Shown: positions 1 to 9,281 of the stretch, piece by piece
Layout of the letters: each line of letters begins with the position of its first letter
Numbering within the stretch: position 1 is the stretch's first letter
From: an uncultured Desulfobacteraceae bacterium
Lineage (GTDB): Bacteria > Desulfobacterota > Desulfobacteria > Desulfobacterales > UBA5616
Direction: 5' to 3'
DNA length: 64,000 nucleotides
NCBI GenBank assembly: GCA_964386565.1
Contig: CAYLRU010000009.1
Location: 13,285 to 77,284, forward strand
Made by a program: the position numbers and the translations under genes
The notes under the pieces: model-generated
What the model was told of the DNA's origin: nothing
The model's database searches: none
The model's input: the letters and a program-made list of their open reading frames with translations, nothing else

Positions 1-699
1 GCGTTGGATCCGGGCAAACGGCAAATCGCCGTTGACTTGTGTGAATTCATGTGGAAAAACGGGATCGATTTCGGCATATTGGGTGCAGATGAACATTGCT
101 GTGGTGATCCTGCACGTGTCATTGGCGATGAAAACCTGTTTCAGCTCACGGCAAAACAACAGGTGGCCGAACTTAATTTGCGGAAATTTAAACAATTGTT
201 GGTATCATGCCCGCATGGCTATACGGTGCTGAAAGATGAATATCCTCAATTCGGCGGAAATTACAACGTCCTCCACTACACGGAATTTCTTTATCAGGCG
301 GTTCGGGAGAAAGGAATAAGGCTAAAAAATAATGGAAACCCGCATGTCGTTGCCTATCATGACCCCTGTTATCTGGGCAGATATCAAAACATATTTGATG
401 CACCGAGAAAACTCATCGATGCAATCCCCGGAATGAAACGAATCGAAATGGATTATCATGGAGAGAAAAGTTTCTGTTGCGGCGGCGGCGGCGGCCATTT
501 CTGGATGGACTTCAAAGAAGGACGTCGGATCAATGTTTTAAGGGTCGAACAGGCGTTGGATGCGGGGGTTGAAATTTTGGTAACTGCCTGCCCTTTTTGC
601 CTGCACATGCTTGATGACGGGATTAAACTCATGGATGCCGAAAATCGTATTGCCGTCAAAGACATCATCTCTTTTTTAACGGCACACATGGATCCGTAA
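1..699 (+). CDS. Fe-S oxidoreductase, C-terminal part with two cysteine-rich CCG domains (GlcF/GlpC/HdrD-like). The 5' end lies outside the window.
   Basis: The frame is open to the window edge, and the TTG at position 4 is not a credible start. Two CCG-type motifs are present: HCCGDP...SCPHG and FCCGGGGGHF...ACPFC. Confidence 0.75.
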   Translation, partial: ALDPGKRQIAVDLCEFMWKNGIDFGILGADEHCCGDPARVIGDENLFQLTAKQQVAELNLRKFKQLLVSCPHGYTVLKDEYPQFGGNYNVLHYTEFLYQAVREKGIRLKNNGNPHVVAYHDPCYLGRYQNIFDAPRKLIDAIPGMKRIEMDYHGEKSFCCGGGGGHFWMDFKEGRRINVLRVEQALDAGVEILVTACPFCLHMLDDGIKLMDAENRIAVKDIISFLTAHMDP

Positions 700-988
700 A
701 CATCTGGTACGATTTTACGGTGCGCGGTGTGAATATTTTTTAAGAGGCAAATTGTATTTACTAAAACGGTTGACATAAAGGTGATTTGCATTTAATTATC
801 TATCTTTTTTACAGTTTATCAAGTATTGGTTTGGCATTATGTTATTGATCCGAAATTCAACGCATATCCCGTCATGCCGATTCAGCAGTGTGAATAGCCG
901 ACGAAAATAAAATATAAATCAGACCTTGTATTATTCCATATGAGGTTGATCTTTATCCAATCAACAATCAACTAAAGGAGGTCCTGAC

Positions 989-2302
989 ATGGCGAAGGTA
1001 TACTTCATGGACGACCGGTCGCAGTCAAACCAGACGAGCCTTGTCGCCAAGATGCTCACATTGTTTGATGCAGCCGGATTCGGTGATATGATCAAACCCA
1101 ATGACGTGGTGGCGATTAAACTCCATATGGGGGAGTACAATAATACGGCTTATATCCGGCCGGTTTATGTACGAGCCCTGGTGGACAAAATAAAAAGCCT
1201 CGGCGGCGATCCCATGGTGGTGGACACCACCACGCTTCCGTATTTTACTTATGCATCACGGGTAACGGCTCTGGACCATCTGAAAACCATCGCAAGAAAC
1301 GGCTTTTCCATGTCAACGGTGGGGTGCCCCATCGTGATTGCAGATGGATTTATCGGGACAGATGATGTCAGGATTGATCTTCCGGAAGGGTTCATTTTAA
1401 AGGAGCAATATATCGGCGCAGGAATTGCGCTTGCCGATGCCATGATCATGCTGAGCCATTTTAAGGGACATCCCATGGGCACCTTCGGTGGTGCGTTGAA
1501 AAACATGGGCGTGGGATGCGCTTCAAAACGGGGGAAATTAAACCTCCATCTTGGAGGTCACCCCAAGTATGGACTACGGGTTCGTCCGTATGTGCCGGAA
1601 CGGTGTATGGGAAAAGATTGTCCTGATTATTACGCCTGCAGCCAAATTTGTCCCGTCGGTGCCATAACCGTAACCGAAGAGAAGATCCAATGGGACAAGG
1701 AACAATGCGTGGGCTGTATGGCCTGCCTGCCGCTTCTGGCCATGTGCGGTGTGGCCATGCCGCCGGATGATTATTTTGATGCAACTTCAGCCGCCATTGC
1801 GGATTCGGCCCTGGCTGCAACCAAGGCCGTGGGAAAAGACAGGATCGGGTATATTAACCTGGCCCTGGATATTGCGCCATACTGCGATTGCGTGACCTAT
1901 AGCGATCGCGCCATTGTTCCCAACCTGGGTGTTTTTGCATCCAAGGATCCGGTGGCCATTGATTCGGCTTGCCTCCGGAAAGCCACGGAGTCGGCCGGCA
2001 TGCCGGGTTCCATTGCCATGGCCAAAGGCGTCATGGACCCGGGGCTCCCCAAATTTACGGCATGCGGATCGTTTATGGGAATCAGTGAGGAGATACAGCC
2101 CAATGTGGGCCAGAAAATCGGATTGGGTTCCCGGGAATTCGAATTGATAGAAGTTCCTCCGCTGGATGATGATGCGCCGTTTACTTTCTCACGAATACCG
2201 GCCGGCGCGAAACACAGCAAATTGTTTGCGAAAAAAGGCGATATTTACCCGCCCGGCGGATTCAAACGGGCCGATGAAGTCGATCTCGAGGACATGAGAT
2301 AA
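989..2302 (+). CDS. DUF362-domain Fe-S protein with an embedded 4Fe-4S dicluster ferredoxin segment
   Basis: SD AAGGAGG lies 7 nt before the ATG. The N-terminus MAKVYFMDDRS...VAIKLHMGE is typical of DUF362. Cys motifs are CSQICPVG and CVGCMACLP. Confidence 0.75.
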   Translation: MAKVYFMDDRSQSNQTSLVAKMLTLFDAAGFGDMIKPNDVVAIKLHMGEYNNTAYIRPVYVRALVDKIKSLGGDPMVVDTTTLPYFTYASRVTALDHLKTIARNGFSMSTVGCPIVIADGFIGTDDVRIDLPEGFILKEQYIGAGIALADAMIMLSHFKGHPMGTFGGALKNMGVGCASKRGKLNLHLGGHPKYGLRVRPYVPERCMGKDCPDYYACSQICPVGAITVTEEKIQWDKEQCVGCMACLPLLAMCGVAMPPDDYFDATSAAIADSALAATKAVGKDRIGYINLALDIAPYCDCVTYSDRAIVPNLGVFASKDPVAIDSACLRKATESAGMPGSIAMAKGVMDPGLPKFTACGSFMGISEEIQPNVGQKIGLGSREFELIEVPPLDDDAPFTFSRIPAGAKHSKLFAKKGDIYPPGGFKRADEVDLEDMR

Positions 2303-2319
2303 CAAAAGGAGGTGGCATC

Positions 2320-4176
2320 ATGTTTGGATATATGGGAAAAATCCTGTATGTGGACCTTACCGCAGGAACGACGCAGGAAAAGGACGTGGATCCGCAAATG
2401 GCCCAGGATTATATCGGCGGTGCGGGATTTGCCACGAAGATTTTATACGATAATGTACCGGCAAAGAGTGATCCGTTGGGGCCTGAAAATCAACTGGTTT
2501 TCATGACCGGTCCGGTAACCGGGACCCGATTCCCTACATCCGGAAGATTTACGGTGGCTGCTAAATCCCCGTTGACGGGAATTCTGGCGACATCTACATC
2601 TTCAGGCTTTTTCGGTGTCGAACTCAAGAAATGCGGATTTGACGGCATCATATTTACAGGGAAGGCTGATAAACCGGTTTACCTTGAACTGGTCAACGGC
2701 GAGGTCAAAATCCAAGATGCATCGGACATCTGGGGAAAAGACGCTTATGAAACCCAGGATATTTTAAAGGAAAAAACCGGGGAAAAACGTGCACGGGTTG
2801 CCTGTATCGGCGCTGCCGGGGAAACGCTTTCCCCCATCGCCTGCGTAATGAACGACGATGGCAGGGCAGCTGGTCGTGGCGGAACCGGGGCGGTCATGGG
2901 GTCTAAAAAACTAAAGGCCATCGTGGCACGGGGAAACCAAAAGATAAACATTGCCGCCCCTGATTTTTTTAACGAAATGGCCAAGCAGATTATCCAGGGT
3001 CTGACGGACAACCCCCAGATTCAACAGATGGGCAAGTGGGGAACGGCATCTTCCATGGACATGGGCTGGACAACAGGAGACGTTCCTGTGAAAAACTGGC
3101 AGGTGGGGTTGTGGAAGGAAGGCTGCATGAACCTCGGCGGGCAAAAAATGGCCGATACCATCTTAAAACCCCATTCGGCTGCCTGCTTCAACTGCCCCAT
3201 CCGGTGCGCTCGGTGGGTTGAAATTCCCGAAGGCCGGTTTGCCTATGAAGGTCCGGGTCCGGAATACGAAACCCTGGGATCCTGCGGGTCCATGCTGCTC
3301 ATTGACGACCTGGAAGCCGTATCCTGGCTGGGTGAAATCTGCAACAAGCACGGTATGGACACCATCTCCGCCGGATGCACGGTGGCCTGGGCCATGGAGG
3401 CATATGAAAAAGGCGCCATCACAAAAGAAGATACCGGCGGAATTGATCTGACCTGGGGAAATGTGGATGCGGCACTGGAAATTTTTGAACTGATGGGAAA
3501 GGGTGAAGGATTTGGTGCTGTTCTTGCCCAGGGATGCAAAAAAGCTGCTGAAAAAATCGGGAAGGGATCCGAGGAATATGCCATCCACGTCAAGGGTATG
3601 GAAGTGCCCATGCATGATCCAAGGGCTTTTCACAGCCTTGCCGTTAATTACGCCACCGGTACCCGGGGCGCGTGCCATGTTCAAGGAAGCTCTTTCATGT
3701 TTGAAATGGGATTGATCTCCACCGAGGCGGGCATCCTCTATAAACAGGGTCGGTTTGACAAGAAAAACAAAGGCCTGGCCGCAAAAGTCGCCCAGGATAT
3801 TTCCAATATTTTTAATTCCATGGCCATTTGCATGTTCGGCGGATTGGCATTGCAGCCGTCTCATATGGCAATTTTAATGGGCCTTTCCAGCGGATTACCG
3901 TATACAGCCCAGTCCATATTGCAGGTGGGGGAACGGATATTGAACCTGCAACGCGCGTTTGCCTGCCGGGAAGGTATTTCCCGTAAGGACGACACGCTTC
4001 CCAAACGTCTGGTTGCGCCACTTCCGGACGGTGGAGCGGCTGGGAAGGCTGCGGATCTTGAATTTCAGCTGGATGAATACTACCGGATCAGGGGATGGAA
4101 TGAAAACGGCATTCCGAGGAAAGATAAGCTTCAGGCGCTGGGATTAAATGAGGCAGCAGAAGAGATCGGGTCATGA
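2320..4176 (+). CDS. aor: Aldehyde:ferredoxin oxidoreductase (tungsten/molybdopterin AOR family)
   Basis: 618 aa. The N-terminus MFGYMGKILYVDLT...GGAGFATKILYD matches the AOR N-domain. The 4Fe-4S ligand motif CFNCPIRC is present. SD AAGGAGG lies upstream. Confidence 0.9.
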   Translation: MFGYMGKILYVDLTAGTTQEKDVDPQMAQDYIGGAGFATKILYDNVPAKSDPLGPENQLVFMTGPVTGTRFPTSGRFTVAAKSPLTGILATSTSSGFFGVELKKCGFDGIIFTGKADKPVYLELVNGEVKIQDASDIWGKDAYETQDILKEKTGEKRARVACIGAAGETLSPIACVMNDDGRAAGRGGTGAVMGSKKLKAIVARGNQKINIAAPDFFNEMAKQIIQGLTDNPQIQQMGKWGTASSMDMGWTTGDVPVKNWQVGLWKEGCMNLGGQKMADTILKPHSAACFNCPIRCARWVEIPEGRFAYEGPGPEYETLGSCGSMLLIDDLEAVSWLGEICNKHGMDTISAGCTVAWAMEAYEKGAITKEDTGGIDLTWGNVDAALEIFELMGKGEGFGAVLAQGCKKAAEKIGKGSEEYAIHVKGMEVPMHDPRAFHSLAVNYATGTRGACHVQGSSFMFEMGLISTEAGILYKQGRFDKKNKGLAAKVAQDISNIFNSMAICMFGGLALQPSHMAILMGLSSGLPYTAQSILQVGERILNLQRAFACREGISRKDDTLPKRLVAPLPDGGAAGKAADLEFQLDEYYRIRGWNENGIPRKDKLQALGLNEAAEEIGS

Positions 4177-4417
4177 AAGAATCCGGGGGGTTATCTGCGG
4201 AGAGGGCAGTGCGGATTGAGTAAACACCACTTAATTGGGGAATAAATTTTATCTCAAAATATTCTGCTCCTTCTCCTGCCCGTATCATCTCTCGGCAGGA
4301 TGGGGAGCTTTATATCTGGTGTAAAACCGAGTTGAAATGTTTTGTGCCCGTTTTTGACTTTAACGTCATAAATACTTTTTACCCATAAACTTTTTTTAAG
4401 AATAACGAGGTGTTTTA

Positions 4418-4759
4418 GTGAATGGAAAAGATTATGTAAAACAGGCAATTGATTTAGTGGGAACCGTGGTGATACGTGTTAAAGAAGCCGGCGTACTGAA
4501 CGGAGATGCATTGCTGGAAGGTGCTCAAAAGGCATGTGAAGAATTAAACGGATTGAAAAATAAGGTTACCCTCCGTACCAAGGAAGGCACCAACCTGGCA
4601 TTTCCCGTTTTTGATGCAGCCCAGAACCTGGAAGAGGCATGGGAAGATGCACAGGCAAATGATGATGTGGACGATTTGAAGTGGCGGCTTGAAGGGTTTG
4701 CGGACGCGGTCATGGCATTTGCCGGATCTTTGAAGGACAAGACCGTTATCATGACATAA
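4418..4759 (+). CDS. Hypothetical acidic protein (113 aa, GTG start)
   Basis: SD GAGG lies 7 nt upstream of the GTG. The gene sits between the AOR and MoaD-like genes on the same strand. I recognise no motif. Confidence 0.5.
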   Translation: MNGKDYVKQAIDLVGTVVIRVKEAGVLNGDALLEGAQKACEELNGLKNKVTLRTKEGTNLAFPVFDAAQNLEEAWEDAQANDDVDDLKWRLEGFADAVMAFAGSLKDKTVIMT

Positions 4760-4793
4760 TCCGCGGCATTCTGACGATAAAGGTGTTGACATC

Positions 4794-5072
4794 ATGAATG
4801 TTACCTTGAACTTTTTAGGTTTATTTAAAGAATACATCGGGAAAGACATGGTTTCCATGGGATTACCCGAAAACGCCAATTACGGTGATTTGCTTAATGA
4901 AATAGGCAACCGCTATGGTGAGAAGCTGCCCAAAACCCTGTGGGATCACGAGAAACGGGAATTTAAACCGGGTATTCTCTGCGTGGGCGAAGGCAGAGAC
5001 TTGGAAACTAGGGACACAACGTTAAAACCCGGAGAATCGATTTCCGTTGTGGTTCATATGGCCGGAGGATAA
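4794..5072 (+). CDS. MoaD/ThiS-family ubiquitin-like sulfur-carrier protein
   Basis: 92 aa, which fits a beta-grasp fold. The protein ends ...VVVHMAGG, with a C-terminal Gly-Gly. It is adjacent to a pterin-dependent AOR. Confidence 0.7.
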   Translation: MNVTLNFLGLFKEYIGKDMVSMGLPENANYGDLLNEIGNRYGEKLPKTLWDHEKREFKPGILCVGEGRDLETRDTTLKPGESISVVVHMAGG

Positions 5073-5089
5073 ACAAGGAGAGTACGGAA

Positions 5090-5959
5090 ATGTCGGATAT
5101 TTTGATTACAGGAGGTGCAGGCAGCTTCGGACGGATGCTGGCTGCCATGCTGAAAGAAAAAGGGCATGCCATAAGAATTTTCGATCTGCCGTCATGTGAT
5201 TACGGATATTTTAACGGCTGGGAAAATACAACCATTCACCAGGGAGACATAACGGATCCGGCAACATTAAAAAATGCCTTAAACGGAGCAGACTTGGTGT
5301 ATCACCTTGCGGCCATTTTACCGCCGGCAAGTGAGGTTGACCGGGAAAAAACCTTCAGAATAAATGTGGACGGAACCCGAATATTATTGGATGTCTGTAC
5401 CGGTATGCCCAAGGCGCCTGATGTTATTTTTACATCATCGGTTCATGTATACGGCGACACCAGTGGTTCAGACAAGCCCATTGGTCCGGAAGATCCGCCA
5501 AACCCTGATGACTGGTATGCAGAGAGCAAGGTGGAGGCGGAAAAAATTCTGTTCTCCACCAGCCTGAATTTCGTTAACCTGAGAATTTCAGGAGTGGTCA
5601 TTCCTGCTTTTCTGGATCCGCCGGAACCTTGGGCTTTTCAGGAAGACCAGAAGATCGAACTGATTTGCCTGAAAGATCTGGCCCATGCCATGGCCGCGCT
5701 TCCCGGAAATCCGGAGGCTTTTGGAAAAACCCTGATTCTGTCCGGTGGAAAAAGCTGGCAGGTTACCGGAAAGGCATATGTCGAGCGCTGGGGAGAAATC
5801 ATGGATATCCCCTTAGATGAGATGAGCTTCCTGGACCATCCCGGGTGGTTTAACTGGTATGATACGGAAGAATCACAACGACTTCTGGAGTATCAGAATA
5901 CCACGCTGGACGATTTCTTCAATGAATTGGATCAGGTTGTTCAAAAGGCCCTGGCATGA
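5090..5959 (+). CDS. NAD(P)-dependent epimerase/dehydratase (extended SDR) family protein
   Basis: The N-terminal Rossmann motif is ILITGGAGSFG. SD AAGGAG lies upstream. 289 aa. Confidence 0.8.
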   Translation: MSDILITGGAGSFGRMLAAMLKEKGHAIRIFDLPSCDYGYFNGWENTTIHQGDITDPATLKNALNGADLVYHLAAILPPASEVDREKTFRINVDGTRILLDVCTGMPKAPDVIFTSSVHVYGDTSGSDKPIGPEDPPNPDDWYAESKVEAEKILFSTSLNFVNLRISGVVIPAFLDPPEPWAFQEDQKIELICLKDLAHAMAALPGNPEAFGKTLILSGGKSWQVTGKAYVERWGEIMDIPLDEMSFLDHPGWFNWYDTEESQRLLEYQNTTLDDFFNELDQVVQKALA

Positions 5960-5970
5960 ATCCTTGTTAA

Positions 5971-6010
5971 AAAGATTCCCGCCAAATACCCTTTGACGGG
6001 AATCTTTTTC
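5971..6010 (+). terminator. Rho-independent terminator after the SDR gene
   Basis: Perfect 11-bp stem, aaagattcccg (5971-5981) with cgggaatcttt (5997-6007), followed by a T-run. Confidence 0.7.
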
Positions 6011-6206
6011 CATTGCATTTCAACTGTTTTTTTATTCTATCTCCCATACCCCCCAAACTTGGAAAGAATTGATAGAAATATGAAACTCTCTTTTTTTAAT
6101 TTTCCGTTTTTGTTGTAATAACTCTTATTAAGACAGATAAATGTATCAATCAGGGTGGGATAAATTCAAAAAATTATAAACGCGTTGGAAAAGAAGCCCG
6201 AATTGT

Positions 6207-6235
6207 TTGACATTTCCTTGATATTTACATATTAA
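6207..6235 (+). promoter_or_regulatory. Sigma70-like promoter candidate for the Tat-ferredoxin/AOR-like operon
   Basis: Consensus -35 TTGACA (6207-6212), a 17-nt spacer, and TATTAA (6230-6235, 4/6 matches). It lies about 100 nt upstream of the ATG at 6338. Confidence 0.35.
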
Positions 6236-6337
6236 GTTCTCATTCTCAATCTGAATTCTATTTAATTTATGTATTCAATTAATTTGACCTTGTAAAACTC
6301 AGCCATAAAACCAATAAATTACAATCACGGATCAATC

Positions 6338-7063
6338 ATGAAGAAAAGCAATGCCGTATCTGAAAATACAAGATCTTCTTTTGATATATCCCGGAGGGGA
6401 TTCTTAAAAATTGCCGGAACCATAGCAATAAGCGCCAATCTTCCGGGCTGCGGCGAACGTCAAACAGAGTCGGTGACGTATCTGGAACCCCGGGACCTGC
6501 CGCCGGATGCATTGCCGTCAAAGGGTTATCTGGTGGTGGATACCAAGAAATGCCAGGGTTGCATCAGTTGCATGATAGTATGCTCCATGGCTCATGAAGG
6601 TAAAATAAATCTATCCCTGTCAAGAATCCAGGTCCTTCAGAATCCCTTTGCACCTTTTCCGGAGGATATCTCCATTGCTCAATGCAGGCAGTGTGTCGAA
6701 CCCCAATGCGTTGACGCATGTCCCTCCGGAGCCCTTTTAATTGACACATCAAAAGGAAATATCAGGACGGTGGACCCGGACAAATGCATCGGCTGCAGAT
6801 CCTGTGTTGAGGCATGCCCGTTTGAACCATCCCGGGCCATCTGGAACTTTGAGGGAAACTATGCACAAAAATGTGATTTGTGTGAAAATACGCCATTTTG
6901 GGACAAAAAGGGCGGATTAAACGGAAAGCAAGCCTGCATATCTGTATGTCCTGTGGGTGCTATCGCATTTTCCGAAAAAATTCCTGTCCAAAAAGGAAAT
7001 CGCGGGTACCAGGTCAATTTGAGGGGAAAAACCTGGGCATCATTGCAATATCCCACGGACTGA
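6338..7063 (+). CDS. Tat-signal four-cluster [4Fe-4S] ferredoxin-like electron-transfer subunit (DmsB/NrfC/YdhX-like)
   Basis: Twin-arginine motif SRRGFLK (nt 6389-6409) followed by a hydrophobic region. Four Cys groups: CQGCISCMIVC, CRQCVEPQCVDACP, CIGCRSCVEACP and CDLC...CISVCP. Confidence 0.85.
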   Translation: MKKSNAVSENTRSSFDISRRGFLKIAGTIAISANLPGCGERQTESVTYLEPRDLPPDALPSKGYLVVDTKKCQGCISCMIVCSMAHEGKINLSLSRIQVLQNPFAPFPEDISIAQCRQCVEPQCVDACPSGALLIDTSKGNIRTVDPDKCIGCRSCVEACPFEPSRAIWNFEGNYAQKCDLCENTPFWDKKGGLNGKQACISVCPVGAIAFSEKIPVQKGNRGYQVNLRGKTWASLQYPTD

Positions 7064-7094
7064 CGGTATTGATTCGGTTATAAGGAGATATTTA

Positions 7095-9281
7095 ATGAAC
7101 AACGGATTTTCCGGCAAGATATTGAGGATCAATTTGAGTAAAATGGCCATATCCACCATTCCCACTGCAAAATATGCGCACTGGGGAGGGGGACACGGCA
7201 TGGGGTCCGCCGTTTTCTGGGATCTGGTCAAGGATAAGCAGATCAGTGGATTCGACCCGGGAAACGTTATTACCATCATGACCTCTCCGTTAAGCGGAAC
7301 ATTGGCCCCGGCCGCTTCCGGCAGAACGGAAATCCAGGGCATCGGGGTACAGTCCATGCCTGAATGGTTTACCCGCAGCAATGTCGGGGGACGGTTCGGT
7401 CCCATGCTCAAATACGCCGGCTGGGACGGCATTGTAATTGAGGGGCAGGCCAATAAACCCGTCTGGATCGATATTCGAAACGACAATGTAAAAATTTGTG
7501 ATGCATCGGACCTCTGGGGTTTGGATACCTGGAAAACCCAGGAAGAAATTTGGCGTCAGGTTGAAAACGGAAACAAGGCGGAAGGCTGGACTTCTTTTGA
7601 CACGAATGATGATTCTCTCAGAACCAGCCAGAAGCCCGCCGTTTTGGCCATCGGTCCTGCCGGAGAAAATTTATGCCGGATTGCCTGCCTGATTCATGAT
7701 GCTGGAAATGCTGCAGGGCAGGGGGGGTTTGGTGGTGTTTGGGGTGCTAAAAATTTAAAGGCTATAAGCGTTATCGGATCAGGCTCCATATCAGTTGCCG
7801 ACCCCAATGATTTAATACAGGCAAGACTGTGGTCCAAGAAATATTTTTCCGCCGACCCCACGGATGCTGAAAAAAACAAACTTAACGATCTTGAATCAAA
7901 TCCCGCGCCCGGCGGATTTGATTCGCCCTTTATTCCCATCCTGTTCTGGCAAAGACCTGCCCAGGCAAGGCCTCAGGCATGCACCGGATGCCATTCAGGC
8001 TGCCGTTTGAGGACCGGTGACAGCCTTGGAAACGAATCCAGTTGCGCTGAAACTTTTTTTTACACACAGTTCGATATTGATAAGCATAACGGTCCGCTCA
8101 TGCGATCCGCCCTTTACCTTTTGGAAAAAGTGGGACAGAAAACCTTGGCGAACGGTCTGAATCAGATGTACGGCAACCAGACTGATGCAAGTTACAAGGC
8201 AACGGATTTGCTTCAGAAATACGGTATAAATGCCTATGAATTGTTTATTGGCCTGCCTTATCTGAGAGCGCTCTACAAAATGGGGGTTCTGGGACCGGGA
8301 AAGGACATCGATTGCGAATTGGATTTTGATCAACTCGGAGAATATGCATTTGCCGAAAAACTGACAAAGATGATCGCCTTTCGCAAAGGAATCGGTGATG
8401 ATATTGCCGAAGGTTTCTATCGGGCCGCCAAAAGATGGGGACGTCTGGATGAAGACCTTGCCAGTGGGTTGCTGCCATATGCCTACTGGGGTCTTCCGGA
8501 GCACGGATATGATCCCCGGGCTGAATTGGAATGGGGGTATGGCTCCATTTTGGGCGACAGGGATATTAACGAGCATGATTTTAATTATCTATTCTGGATG
8601 CCCACCATTGCCAGGCTGAAAAACCAGGACCCACCCATATCGGCAAAAGATATCGTTAAAATTATCGTCGGGAAAATGAAGCCTTTTAAACCGGATGAGC
8701 GGATGTTGGATTACAGCAACGAAAACATGTACTCCGAACATATTGCAAGACTGGTGGCCTGGCACCGTCACTATACCCGTTTCTGGAAAGAATCCGCCAT
8801 GTTCTGCGATCTGAGATATGCAAATTTCTATAACCGGTACAGACCTGACAAGTCCGGTATAACCGGAGAGGGAGAACCGAGGTTCTATAAAGCGGTTACC
8901 GGGAGAAATCTGGATTTCAGCGACGGCATCCGTATGGGTCGTAAAATCTGGAATCTGGATCATGCTATCTGGACCCTCCAAGGCCGGCACCGGGATATGG
9001 TTCAATTTTCCCCATATATCCATAACCTCCCGTTCTCCAAACCCAAGTTCGGCTTGTATTACATGCCCGGGATAAAGGACGGAAAATGGGATTACATCAA
9101 CCTGGCGGGCCGGGGCCGATATGTGGAAAAAGCCGGCTTTGAAGAGTTTAAAACGCGATACTACCAATTGGAGGGCTGGGAACCCCAAACCGGTTATCCA
9201 ACAGGAAAAACCCTGGCATCCCTCGGACTGGACTTTGTTGCCGATAAACTGAAAACAAAAAAGCTTCTGGGTAAAGGATGA
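7095..9281 (+). CDS. AOR-family tungsten/molybdopterin oxidoreductase, long YdhV-like form
   Basis: 728 aa. The N-terminus MNNGFSGKILRINL... parallels the AOR N-domain. The 4Fe-4S motif CTGCHSGC is present. SD AAGGAG lies 7 nt upstream. The protein has no signal peptide of its own. Confidence 0.85.
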   Translation: MNNGFSGKILRINLSKMAISTIPTAKYAHWGGGHGMGSAVFWDLVKDKQISGFDPGNVITIMTSPLSGTLAPAASGRTEIQGIGVQSMPEWFTRSNVGGRFGPMLKYAGWDGIVIEGQANKPVWIDIRNDNVKICDASDLWGLDTWKTQEEIWRQVENGNKAEGWTSFDTNDDSLRTSQKPAVLAIGPAGENLCRIACLIHDAGNAAGQGGFGGVWGAKNLKAISVIGSGSISVADPNDLIQARLWSKKYFSADPTDAEKNKLNDLESNPAPGGFDSPFIPILFWQRPAQARPQACTGCHSGCRLRTGDSLGNESSCAETFFYTQFDIDKHNGPLMRSALYLLEKVGQKTLANGLNQMYGNQTDASYKATDLLQKYGINAYELFIGLPYLRALYKMGVLGPGKDIDCELDFDQLGEYAFAEKLTKMIAFRKGIGDDIAEGFYRAAKRWGRLDEDLASGLLPYAYWGLPEHGYDPRAELEWGYGSILGDRDINEHDFNYLFWMPTIARLKNQDPPISAKDIVKIIVGKMKPFKPDERMLDYSNENMYSEHIARLVAWHRHYTRFWKESAMFCDLRYANFYNRYRPDKSGITGEGEPRFYKAVTGRNLDFSDGIRMGRKIWNLDHAIWTLQGRHRDMVQFSPYIHNLPFSKPKFGLYYMPGIKDGKWDYINLAGRGRYVEKAGFEEFKTRYYQLEGWEPQTGYPTGKTLASLGLDFVADKLKTKKLLGKG

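Noticed and set aside
481-497. (GGC)n microsatellite-like run tgcggcggcggcggcggc.
   Set aside because: It encodes the CCGGGGG core of the CCG cysteine-rich domain, so it is a conserved protein motif rather than a free repeat.
700-988. Possible Moco/Wco riboswitch or sigma54 promoter upstream of the DUF362-AOR cluster.
   Set aside because: I could not recognise the conserved Moco-motif elements. TGGCAT at 842-847 is not followed by TTGC at the required spacing. A TTGACA at 770-775 has only a poor -10 and was not listed as a feature.
3163-3864. A 233-aa ORF antisense to the AOR gene. Similar long antisense ORFs lie at 7995-8576, 8589-9320, 36114-36560, 42492-43037, 43186-43707, 57410-58021, 57979-58527, 58364-58915, 59809-60558 and 60848-61279.
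   Set aside because: Each lies opposite a gene with unmistakable family motifs. Their translations are Arg/Pro/Gly/Ser-rich and low-complexity, as expected for mirror frames. None has an SD.
4267-4307. Imperfect hairpin (ctccttctcctgcccg / cggcaggatggggag) after the AOR gene, considered as a terminator.
   Set aside because: The stem is interrupted by a 4x4 internal loop and a bulge, and the downstream tract is only weakly T-rich. It is too uncertain to list as a feature, so it is mentioned only as a caveat on the operon structure.
5952-5967. Sigma54-like TGGCATGAATCCTTGT.
   Set aside because: The spacing is off by one and the -12 element reads TTGT, not TTGC. It overlaps the stop codon of the SDR gene and lies upstream of that gene's terminator.
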